From: Balanoglossus misakiensis
Taxonomy: Eukaryota > Animalia > Hemichordata
Length of the DNA stretch: 64,000 bases
Direction: 5' to 3'
Assembly (NCBI GenBank): GCA_040954595.2
Contig: CM082589.2
Span: 1,851,910 to 1,915,909, forward strand
Shown here: positions 37,101-48,359 of the stretch, in pieces
Position numbering within the stretch: the stretch's first letter is position 1
Layout of the letters: every line of letters begins with the position of its first letter
Program-made: the position numbers and the translations under genes
The notes under the pieces: generated by a model
What the model saw: only the letters and a program-made list of their open reading frames with translations
Told to the model about the DNA's origin: nothing
The model's database searches: none

Positions 37101-37780
37101 TGTTGGTAACAGACAGTCCCCTGTAACCATGACTTCTGGTTTCTCTCTATATTTATACATGAAATATTTCGACAAAAAGTAAACGAATCTGATCGCGCGA
37201 CCGACCACTTCGGTTCCACGTGTCATCATTGACAGCGGAGGGTCATGTCAAAAAACAAACCAGTAGCTGTCCACATCGATTGCGTTCACTCTATCGTGAC
37301 CGTGTATCGACCCACGGTTGTGCGACGAACAAGTCGGGAATATCGCCAAGTTGGCCACGTTTACACTGTCAATATATGGCCGCAAGTTATCTCAAATATT
37401 TATGACAGTCTTACAAGTCAAGCTGGACTGTCACTATACAATTGTGTACAGCGAACTGTCAGGTCTCGCAACATTTGCATATGAATTTAGAGCGAGGCTT
37501 CGAAATGTCAAATTTCGGCGATCAACAATTGTCAAAACCATGGACACGATTTCTTTTCTTGTTGGTGTTATCATAGATCCTATAGGTGTATGGTGTTATA
37601 GGTGGACCAGCTGGTGGTTTCTACGCCACCATACACCCCTAGTGTCCGACCCCCGTCTCTATGTCTTTACATGTATGAAGCGATCATACCTCATGCATAG
37701 CCACACAAAGACGAGTTTGACAGTTCAGTTGTACCATGGTTGTACTTAGTATTGTAAACCCATGGAATAATGAACTATGG

Positions 37781-37786
<6 letters not shown>

Positions 37787-37832
<46 letters not shown>
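37787..37832. repeat. (AG)23 microsatellite
   Basis: Read directly. Confidence 0.95.
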
Positions 37833-37838
<6 letters not shown>

Positions 37839-40800
37839 AGTCGCACAGAAAGGGAGAGAGAGGGGGGGGGGACTGCAGAACAACAGCAATGGGAAGAAGG
37901 TTTTTGGACTAGCCAGTGTTCACCGTCTCTATTTTCTGCCACCACTCTATTATGGTCGACTTCGGACAATTTTCAAGACGGGGGCGTGTAGCATTCTTCT
38001 CTGTTCTACTGAAAAGCGGAACTTGTGATAAATGGCTCAGTACAAGTGGACAACTAAACGTACTAACCAAAACCACTCGATACAAAAAACAAATGTACCG
38101 TCGTCACGGCCCCCCTTTTCATCCCCACCTCTGATTTACGAGCGGGCATTTATTTGGCCTTGCTATTTACAAGAGTTGTAAACTTCAACAAGCGCATAGC
38201 CAGCCTAAAAGTCGTTCCAGACGTTTGGTTCCATTAAACTTCAATCGAGACAGTTGTGTTGCTCTGTTCAGAAACTTGGCTTTTCATTAGCAACATTCAC
38301 ACCCTTTGCGTATATGAATAATTAGTATACATCTCAATGACGTAATTTCAGGTACGAACCGTAAATTGTCACTGTGGCAGCAAAGTGTGTCTATAGCTGT
38401 ATCTTCAGAGTGAGTTTTAGTGGCCACTGTTTTGTAAACCCGCATTGATAATACTAGCACTCAGTCCCACTTTCCTGAGGGACTCAGACTGTATCATTGA
38501 CCAACAGTAAGCCAATTACTAACACTTCCACTGGCGCTTGCATTCAGCCCGAACCGTGTGACTGTACTGTAGGACACACTCCTTTTCCCCATAGTGGCTC
38601 GATTTCCCGGGACCTTTGACACCAAGACCCGGCCCAGATATTGTGAAACTTGTCACTTTGGATACCTGTCCAAGGTGGATCACGGGCGAAGGTCAAGGTT
38701 CTTTGCACGCGACGGCTGCAGGAAAGTGGACCCCGGGCATCCAGGCATAATAATCTGTGTTGTGGGTACGGACACAAAACGTCATATCCGACTTTTGAAG
38801 GTTCCAAAAAGACATGGCCTTTCATACATTCGTAAAATTCAGAATTTTCTAAATTTTACCTTAATTTATGAGACTTTCGAACGCCCAAGAGACCAAATCA
38901 TTCATTGGGTCAGTATAGAGCCGAATGATAACTTCCGCCTCGCATGAAACAGAAAACATAAAAGTTTACTCTAAATATAAAGATTTTGTACATAGAACAA
39001 AAATAAACCTGTAATGAAAAGACTGGTATCTTTAACTTAAGCTGGATTGGATATAGCATTTTAAATTTACGTCGCATTGAAATTTAATCCTTAAAACATT
39101 TTCCACGTTGAACGGTTGCGGGAACGACGGAAGCCTGACCAAATGTCGCCGCAGTCTGTTTAGAGATTTCGTCGATACTATCGACTTCGTGAAGTGACTC
39201 CGCCGTGTCGCTGCCATGGAAACCGTGGGTCTGAAACATGTTCGGTCATTTTAAGCGAAAGGGGACGACAGTTAGATTCATTCAAAAGACGTTGTATACT
39301 GAGGGCAATATAAGTACTTTTAGAAACCGTAATCACAATTTCCACAATGGCAAAATGAACTTTGGGAGAAACGGGCGGCGTGTTGTAACATGCAGAAAAG
39401 CTAACAATCGTGAGAAAACATCACTGGCGCGTCCGACTGAAATATTCATGAGCAAACCCTAATTTTAGCGAACATGCAAGATGACGCAGAAGCAAAATTA
39501 GTTCCGCGGGATAATCTATTTGAAATATGATTTAAATTCATTTCAAAGCAAGTATAACTCCACTATTTTTATTGTGCTGAAAATGCCCCGGGTTTCACTA
39601 AATAAGACGAATTGGTCACTCTTGCAGGCCTCATTGACAGATCTCTCTCTCCACGTGCGTCAGTGAGAATAAGCTGGTATATACTTCTATTTCCGTCACA
39701 AAAGAAATATGAAATGGCTTGCTCTATTTACAAATATATAGGCCTATACCACTCACTTTAATACCGGGAAAAGCCTGAAGTTAATAGAATTCGCGGACCT
39801 TATTTTCCGTTCGCTAAATTGAACGGACATTTTGTCAAGAACTAATTCTGGCGGGGATGAAGTTGTACGTACAGATTTCAGTCTTAGCATGGACGTCCAT
39901 GGTCTTAGTAAACTCAAGTGAAAGTTGCAATAGATAATTACATAAAAAGCTCTTTTAGATACAGAAGACAATGAGCAATTGTATTTTCACTTAATATCAT
40001 ATTCTAAAATTGAATAAGAAATGACAGGAAGCGAAAACGCTATAATTACATTCAGAATAACATTAAGTAATTTGGATCAAATGGCCCAAATTCAAGTTTA
40101 ATTCCGCGTTAATTTTTCGAGCTATGATTACAATAGACTTGCCATTAACACTTAATTGTCTTAGCGTGAAACAGTGGCGAACAGGCTGGGAAATGCAGTA
40201 TGCCCTCATTTCCCAGAAAGAGGGGTTTAAATTATACATTTGCTTTGTAACTCGAACGAGAAAAGACACTTCGTTTTTCTGAACAACTGTACTCTGGTTG
40301 AAATCAAATCGGCCCAGGGTTATTGATTTTTCCCGGGGACAGTTGCGAGTAACCGTTGCGTCTTTGTCTGGTGTGGGTATCGTGTTGGTGAAATTCCGAT
40401 CGTTCGGGTTGCCATATGCCCGCGGACAAAGACGGCAGGGGGAACGGAAGGCGAGACAATGCGGCCGTCGAGAGTGGAATCCGCTAGTATCCGCCCGCCC
40501 CTTGTTTCCCGTCATTGAGTGGAATTTAGTTTGCATTTTAATGACCTTATTCAAATCTACAAGACGTGTAATGACCGCTTTTCCGAAATAAAAGAGGTTC
40601 GTTTCCGGAAGGCCTACGATGATGTATGTTTTGGCGTCGAAAAACACGTGACGTCAGCTGTCGGAGACCAAAATAGATGTAAATTCGCTGCAGACTGCGC
40701 AACGGGGACTTATAATCATAAAATTGAAATAGTTTATTAAAATTTCCTTTGTACTTTCAAAGTACACAACATTAACAATGATAAAATCGAGTTTTATATT

Positions 40801-41799
40801 ATTTTAATGGTTTGGATACGACAATTAAATGGTAAGACGGAGTGACGAGTGTATTTGATAGTCAAAAGTATCAGGATTAAATAATTACCGAAATGCTAAA
40901 AATAATCCGGGATATGAAGTATCGACATACAACAATAGAAGGCAAAGGACATGTACGATAAATGTTCATGTTTTATGGTTTTTAAAAAGCTATTCATCAT
41001 TTGAATGATAAACTCGAGATGTTAAATTTGTGTTTGCTACCGTATTTCCCCCTTCCCAACTTTGGTCGAATTTGAACTACGTGGTTTTCAAATGGGTCTC
41101 ATACAACGTTTCGAAACTCGAGGATGGCTTGGCCAAGTGGGAAAAAATGTGTGAGCTTCTGGTCTTCCGACGGGGTCATGGCAGTGAAAAGGACATAATG
41201 CAGTGTGAACGCTGTTAAATACCGGAATAATACAGTTTTGCTTTTTTGTCAAAAGCAGAAGCGATACCAAAACAGTGAGAAAATCCGTCGCGAATCCTGT
41301 GAATGGGTCATTGGGAAAACCCCATTGTTCGAGAACGTTGTTCTGATGCAAATATGAGACCGATTCATATGCAAATTGTATCGTTTTTTGATATGTAAAT
41401 ATGTACCGTCACATTTACTTCTAGTACAATAGCGACGTCGGTTGGCCATATTGCTCTGTTAAAACTATGGTTAAACTGTTCAAGTAATAAGGAACACGAA
41501 TTCGAGTTAATTTTTATGAAGGACAAGCTGTTACAGCGACCGGGCACCTGTTTGTAGACATTTTATTGTGTACTCATTTTTCGCCATTGTTTGTTCTTTA
41601 ATCAGCCAACTTGCGCCGCATATGAGGGTGGTTGGTCGTTGACAACGAAAAGTACATGTATTACTAGACTAGGTATGTTTTCGGTGTTATTTTTCTTTTG
41701 AATATTTAACAAATACTGGGCAGGGCGAAAGTTGTCTGGATGCCGTGTTGACAAATGGGTTCAGTGCTCACTGTACAAAACAAAAGTTGTCTGTGAACG

Positions 41800-41800
<1 letters not shown>

Positions 41801-41863
<63 letters not shown>
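41801..41863. repeat. (AAC)21 microsatellite
   Basis: Read directly. Confidence 0.95.
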
Positions 41864-41864
<1 letters not shown>

Positions 41865-44692
41865 GAAAAACAACAACAACAAACGGTGTTTTTGATGTAC
41901 ATGTATCGTGTGGCTAAGTCGTTGCTTTGGTTACATCGATCCAATTATAATGAGACAGTTTTATTGTAATGAGTAGATTTCTTTCTTTGTTCTTTTTAGA
42001 CGAGTAGCTTTTAAAGGCCCATATTTCTTTACGAGAGCATTTCTCTATATATAGACAATAGGTCTTTTGTGTGCGCACGGAACTGTTTGTGGATATAAAC
42101 AAAGGGGTAATCGACTAAAAGACAAAACAAAGCTAACGTTATTTGAGGTAGAGCTGTCTTCATCATTCGTGTTGCTATCACCACCACCATTGAAATTTTA
42201 AGTGTTATTTTGCTGTCATTTCATCTCCATCGTTTGTTTTCCTTCAGTACTGCAATACTGTCGATAATGTCACCACCGTTGACATCATCATCGTCGACAT
42301 TTTTGTTCTGTTTTACAGTGTTGTGTCTACCTGTCATTGCAATCTCCATCACCATCGTCAACTTCGAACCTCCCCGCCCCAACAGGTCAGATGTGGATAA
42401 TGAAAAACTATATTCCGACAACGTCCATTGATCAAACATATGGTTGGTAAATGTGAATAAAAAGCCCTTCCTTGCCTTGATACAAAGCCAGCTCCATACA
42501 ATCAAACGAAAACACGAGAAAGTGTGATTGACTGAGAGAGAGAGGGGTGGGGGGGGGGTGAAATGGAACGCGTTGCAACAGGTCTGTGTAGACGCAGAAC
42601 AGATTATTCATATCGGTAAAACGTCAGTTAAAATTTACAAACGAGAGCACGGCATGTCAGAATCGATATTCCAGACACGTGTGTGATGCTGGGAAAGGCA
42701 GGAAAAGGTCTGGATGTGTTTCGACAGGTCCTCGAGAAACAAGCCCATGGTATCCGACGCGCTCTCTGTCACGTGAGAAAGACCAAACGAAGAGAAAGGG
42801 GAAATGTTATGCATTTAGACAAAATATTAACGAAAAAGAAGATACAAAATGCAAAACGAATATACACCCTAAAATTTTGGGGAGAAAATAGTTAAAACCA
42901 TAGAGATTATTAAAAGAACAACAAAAAACGTTTGTGTAAACAAAGCAAACCAGATTATAGAAATGCGATTATTCTGTTACTTTATTTGACGGGCGCAAGG
43001 GCGTCTCCAGGCTAATTTTTCAAGATAGAGGGTCGGGCTGTTGCTTGCGTCGCAGTAGATTTGGTGAGTTTAGGGTGGGACAGAAGAGAGATTGCATCGC
43101 TTTTAGTCTGATAAGATGCGACAACAAGCAGGGGTGGAGATAATGCGTGCATTTTGTGGCGATTATAAGCGAAGCAACGCTGATTCTGCAGCTATGAAGA
43201 TCCCCCAATAGAAGCCGCCGGCGGGTATCGATCATTTCTTGGCGTTTCTACGTCAGCCTGACCGCTACTTTGAATTTTGGGGTCGGTTGGGAGATTGTAA
43301 TTAGCGATTGCAAACACGTACTTTGCCACTTCCCAACGCTGGCTGTCATTACATTATCTCGATTGATATCATAGCTATAAACCAATTATAGCTATTAATA
43401 TATGACTACAGTCACAGAGATCCCCAAATATATTTACAACCTGAGTGGCTACAAACAGTATATATAGGGCTTCTGACAGTTTGTATCTGTCAAACCAGGC
43501 TTCAAAACGTTCAAAGTACAACTGTGCCATGACTGTCAGAAAATAGTGAGTGTAAAAAATTGTGATTTCCAAAACTGCACATGAGATTCTGACAGTACTG
43601 CACCGAAATGCAACACTTTTGGCGAAGTGCCCAAGGAGTAGAGATCGGCGCAGATACCTTTTTGACACAAGGCGAGTAAAGTGGGGGTCAATTGTGGTAC
43701 GAGCTGTCACTTCAACCTGTGGCCACCATCTCGGGTGTTATGACAAAAGGTGATTATGACAGCCACATAGGCGTGCATGTGTACAGGGATCATAACCGAC
43801 GCTAAACAGAACCTGGCCCTGATAAAATTGGAGGAGAATAAAACTTTATCAATGCAGTGTCAGCTGCGAAAAATCCCAGGCGATCAGACCTCGGGAAGGG
43901 GTGGACGTGGATTCGTGTTTGTTCACCGGGAAGGGGGGGAGGGGTTCAAGCGAGCACCGCAGACGTTGCGAAGAACGGTGGGCATTCCAACAGGTGTCAG
44001 TAGTCGCCAGATAACATCGCCGCAAAACATGAATGAACGTGTCGTATCCGCTCGTTGATTGAGTAGTCGACCCAGTGACCCGTGGTATCTCCCCACCATT
44101 TTAATTAGCCCATGGCGAGCTGGTTGTAATTTTTTTTTCAGACCGAGCAATTTACAGAAATTCCCTTGAATGTTAAAGTATTCGTATTCTATAGAGTAAG
44201 CCTCCAACAGCAACGCTGTGTAGTGGTTGGAATTTGGTTTCTGATCGGTGCTGACGCAAATGCTCAAGCTTCAAAATAAACCCTGGTCAAAATACTCAGA
44301 TCAAAATATACAACCATTGAGAATTTCACACATTCAACGATGCTCTTGATTTGGAAAGCTCTAAAAATCGCAGAACAAAGAAAAGGGACAACTTTGACAG
44401 ATGCAGTACATGGACGTAGGGGCTTCCAGAACTGTCAGTTGACGCCGCGTCGGTGTGACAGAATCCGATACCACAGCCAGATAAGAATCGAAGTGTTATC
44501 CATAAATATGCGCCCATATTGTTTTCAGCAGACGCGAATACACACATTTATATAGTCCCTGCAAAAACAAGTCGAGCTCAAACAACATGTGTCAAATCTC
44601 TCAGCAAACACTTAAGAATGTTTTAACATCTATCCATGTCGGCAACTTGAGCACGCGTTCTCTGTTCGAGTTTGGCGACAATAATAGTTTGC

Positions 44693-44696
<4 letters not shown>

Positions 44697-44733
<37 letters not shown>
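44697..44733. repeat. (AG)n microsatellite
   Basis: Read directly. Confidence 0.95.
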
Positions 44734-44736
<3 letters not shown>

Positions 44737-45813
44737 GCACACATATACAAACACTCAGATATAGAGTCCATATATATCGAAGGCTTATCGCTGATGCAAG
44801 AATTCGATTTCTTGCACCCGGATTTACTAGATGTCATATATAAATGCAGCAGAACTGTCAAAACAAAATCACCCACGTTCTGCACACGTGTAGTGTAAAC
44901 TGCTGTGAGAGTTAGGCGATCAAACGATTTCAACACAAAAGGCACTAATTCCCGTTTGATTGTATTTTTTAATATTAATAATCGGATATATAGTAAGGGC
45001 GCTTCTCGTACGTTCACGGTTCGTCTGATACCAGAGAACAAAAACCCATTAACAAAACCTGCTACCATTGCAGCTCTCCAGGCCAAGTTTCATTCGATAC
45101 ATGAAAGACATCTTAGGAATATTTGCTAAGTCCTGCATGAAAACACCTAATTTGATCTGCAAACGCCGAGTGATTAGAGTCGGGAATAAAGTCGATACCG
45201 CGAAGAATAGATGTGTCAACACACTGCATTTGACATCTCACGGTAACTTAGCTACCACACCAGCTGATACCGGTCACAGGCGTCTCGCTCGCCTGGATTT
45301 TTGCATAACCCTCGCTCCATTGCAGTTCAACGGTGTGAACTTAGCGGCCACACCGTTCTAAACTGACATGCGTTGTCACAAATGACATGTACACGTTTAA
45401 CTATCAGAGATACCATCTACATCGCGATGTTCTAGCACGGAACAAACACAACGCGAAAGACTGGAATACCGGAATTTATCCAGCGATTTACACACTCTAG
45501 TGGCCCACCGCTTTAACACCTGTATCCCCGGTGCAAATTCCCACTCCTTGAGACTCGTCGATAAAACACCCAGAAAGACCAAAATCTATTTTTGGACATT
45601 GTGTGGTACCGGCTATTTTTTGTTTTGAACAGAAAAATATTCATGCTATTTTTACACACTGAAATAGGCTGAATCATGCATGAGGCAGCATGACCCAGTA
45701 AGAAGTCTACACACCGTACATATGCAAATATTTCTGACATATATAATTTCTGGTATCTGACATTAATTATGTTAATTTTGTCGACGGTGAATTTATATAC
45801 ATGTATTGTTAAA

Positions 45814-45898
45814 TCTACGGAGGGCGCTATTACTTCTAAAAAACCACTTCGTCGTTGCCAACCGGTGATTAATGGCCAGCTGGCCACAAGAGGGCGAT
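45814..45898 (+). promoter_or_regulatory. Two tandem CTCF-like motifs
   Basis: TCTACGGAGGGCGCTA (about 45814, weaker) and TGGCCACAAGAGGGCGAT (45881, strong), same orientation. Confidence 0.5.
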
Positions 45899-46291
45899 AT
45901 TAATTAAAATATACACATGTTCCTATCGTGTATGTTGCAAGATATGTCCTGGGTAGGGTAGGCAATTGGTTGAAGCCTAATAAAGCTGCTTTTACCATTT
46001 GTACATTTCTGTGTATGTGGCAGTTATGTCCAGTTTCACTTGTAAAACTCCGAACCATGCAGTCCTGGTATTTAACAAGTCTGTTACCAACAGTAACTTT
46101 AATAACTAGCCAACCAGACACTCCATTTCAAAACTGTGTGGTGTACATGTCACTTCTCGAAATTTCTGTTCTATATTCTCACTCCAACTAGAGTGACCGA
46201 GATTCTTATGGTGCTGAATTTTCTGGATAAATTATGATGTCAGAGTTGAAGGAACACAACAATTCAGCATTTCACTTTTTTATACAATAAA

Positions 46292-46297
46292 TTTATT
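46292..46297 (-). terminator. Probable OST4 polyadenylation signal AATAAA
   Basis: TTTATT on +, about 210 nt into the OST4 last (3'UTR) exon that starts at 46504. Confidence 0.6.
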
Positions 46298-46754
46298 GAT
46301 AAAAGACTCTGTGCCAACAGTACTCAAATGTCATGTTTTTGAAGAGAAAACATACATCACGGAATGCAAAAACATCAAAATGAGTGACGGGAAATATCTT
46401 GAGATGGTTGTACTGTGGTCTTGTAGTCCCATTTGCGACTTCTGATGTCTTTGGTTGTCCAATTGTTGGCTCTGCAATTAATCCAATCCTCCATTATCAT
46501 AGTCCTGTGAATCGCAAAAAGAGATAAAGATGTGGGTAAAAATATGAATGTTCCCTATATCATTACATGTAAGACATTTAGTTCCAATGGGCCATGATAT
46601 ACACACACATCTGTCCAAAATAAATTCCATTCTAGGCTGATCTAGAAAGATCAGAGTGGGGTGGGGTTTCCAGATTGTGAAGAAGTGATGTTTGGTCATC
46701 CTCATCTGTAAAACAGTTGTCTTACTTACCATAAGCCATTGCCAGTGATTTGTC

Positions 46755-46871
46755 TTATTCTAATTTTGACTTGGGATTGTTGACTGCGATGTAATGATAC
46801 AAGACAACCAGTAGAAATATGACAACGCCAAGCATGTTGGCAAACACGGCCAATTGTACGTCACTGATCAT
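46755..46871 (-). CDS. OST4: OST4, 4-kDa oligosaccharyltransferase subunit (38 aa)
   Basis: Translation [38 protein letters not shown] is nearly identical to the metazoan OST4 sequence I recall ([37 protein letters not shown]). Acceptor gttttcag| lies 1 nt before the ATG; donor ATG|GTAAGT at 46729. Confidence 0.97.
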   Translation of the reverse strand: MISDVQLAVFANMLGVVIFLLVVLYHYIAVNNPKSKLE

Positions 46872-47467
46872 TCTGAAAACAACGAAAAGAAAACACTGGT
46901 TAATCAAGATGCCTCATATTGATTTTTGTTTATTATTACAGATAACTCATGGGTGAAAACCTGACAAAAGTCCAGACACAACATTATATGGAAGACTGTA
47001 CATAACACCATTATCCCAGGTGGGTAGTTATTTGGACATTTAAATTGAAAATCTTGACAACATTCTCCAAATATGTCAGTCTACCAAAATGATACCAGCC
47101 ACACACATACACTCCACTGTATTACATGTAATCCCATATGGGCACAGGACATGCGAATTCAGTCATTCGGATATGCACCGTGATTAACACTGTCGAATAT
47201 CCCCTTTATCAAATTATGAGGTGAAACCTCAAGCAAATGATGACAGGTGGGTTAGACAACTGTCAACTGCATGATTTTAGCGTTCTGCGGAGCTCGGAGG
47301 GACGTATTGAATGGAAGGCCACGTAAACAGGTTGGTCCCCAGAAGATGCGGAAGAGATTAATCTGGACATAAACTCGTCTTGAAGCATTGCATGCGATAG
47401 AGAATGGTTGCAGATGCTGAGCGTTTCATTAAAATTGCCTCAGTGTGCATCATTCACGCATACTTAC

Positions 47468-47520
47468 TTGAAATTCTGTCGTATTTCGCAAAAAATATGA
47501 GCGTATTTGTCCTCGCCCTC
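47468..47520 (-). other. OST4: Probable non-coding first exon of OST4 (5' end approximate)
   Basis: Donor CAA|GTAAGT at 47467 upstream of the acceptor at 46873, next to ETS motif CGGAAGTG at 47535. Confidence 0.55.
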
Positions 47521-48260
47521 AAGTTTTGCGAATACGGAAGTGTAAAGGGCGATTGTTTGGTTGTTATTTCATTTCTCAGGCAATGGCTACTTTTGTCGAT
47601 GAGGGCAGCAAGTGCTAAGTGCTTATGAATATGTATATTTTCTGCTTGGCCTATCACAGATCCGTGAAAGCGACCGCTTGTTCAAACCTACCAATCAGAC
47701 TCCAGTATTTCGTCGGGTTGTGCGAACACAAAGAACACATTGAACCGTGGCGGGAGATAACAACGCGCGTAAACCTCTTTGTGTAATCGACACATGTAGA
47801 TTTCACTTCCTGGTTTGGTCGTTGTCCGTACGCACGCATGTGACCTTGGCGACGCGTGGAAATATTATTTCGGGACTGGATTCTGAGGAACGGAATGAAG
47901 AATATCACCGTCTCACAGGAATATTTTTTGTGTATTGAAAAATACTGGAAGCCGAAATATTGGGAAGCATGTTCATGTGTGCACGTGGATATATACTGTA
48001 GTACACAACCAGACGACGCTATCATTCATCAACAATGTACATGACCAAAGCATGGCAGGATGTTTCGCGTGTTTTGATGACTACACCGATGTATACGGAC
48101 CACAGCTTTCTCAAAATTGACCAGGAAGACGGATTATTTTCCAGTCAGTGTGACTGTAGAGCAAAGAATATTCTGTAAGCTGTAGTTTGACACCAGTCTT
48201 TGAGAGAACAGCTTCGCTTGTCTCACACAACGTGTTCCTTTGTCACTTCCGGGTTCATGA
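47520..48260. promoter_or_regulatory. Probable bidirectional housekeeping-type promoter (OST4 and a + strand gene)
   Basis: CpG-rich, with ETS/GABP-type motifs at 47535, 47804 and 48244, CCAAT at 47691 and E2F-like TGGCGGGA at about 47748, between oppositely oriented splice donors. Confidence 0.5.
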
Positions 48261-48352
48261 TGAGGCCACGATCACCGCGTGTTTCTTTGCGATACTCCCT
48301 GCCAGAGAGAAACAAGGAACTTTCTGATGGAGATCCATAACTTTTCTTGAAG

Positions 48353-48359
48353 ATGGCAG
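48353..48359 (+). CDS. Probable first coding exon (ATG GCA G) of an unidentified + strand gene with a long first intron
   Basis: aagATGG Kozak-like context followed by consensus donor CAG|GTAAGT near the right end of the CpG-rich domain. No downstream exon could be identified in the window. Confidence 0.4.

Noticed and set aside
40063-40647. 194-aa - strand ORF
   Set aside because: Non-ATG start, no recognisable domain and no convincing splice sites; likely chance in a GC-richer regulatory block.
41732-41969. Poly-N/poly-T ORFs here, and the ERERER ORFs at 37770 and 44587
   Set aside because: Translations of (AAC)n and (AG)n microsatellites.
46478-46732. 84-aa - strand ORF near OST4
   Set aside because: It runs through the OST4 3'UTR intron; the real CDS is 46755-46871.
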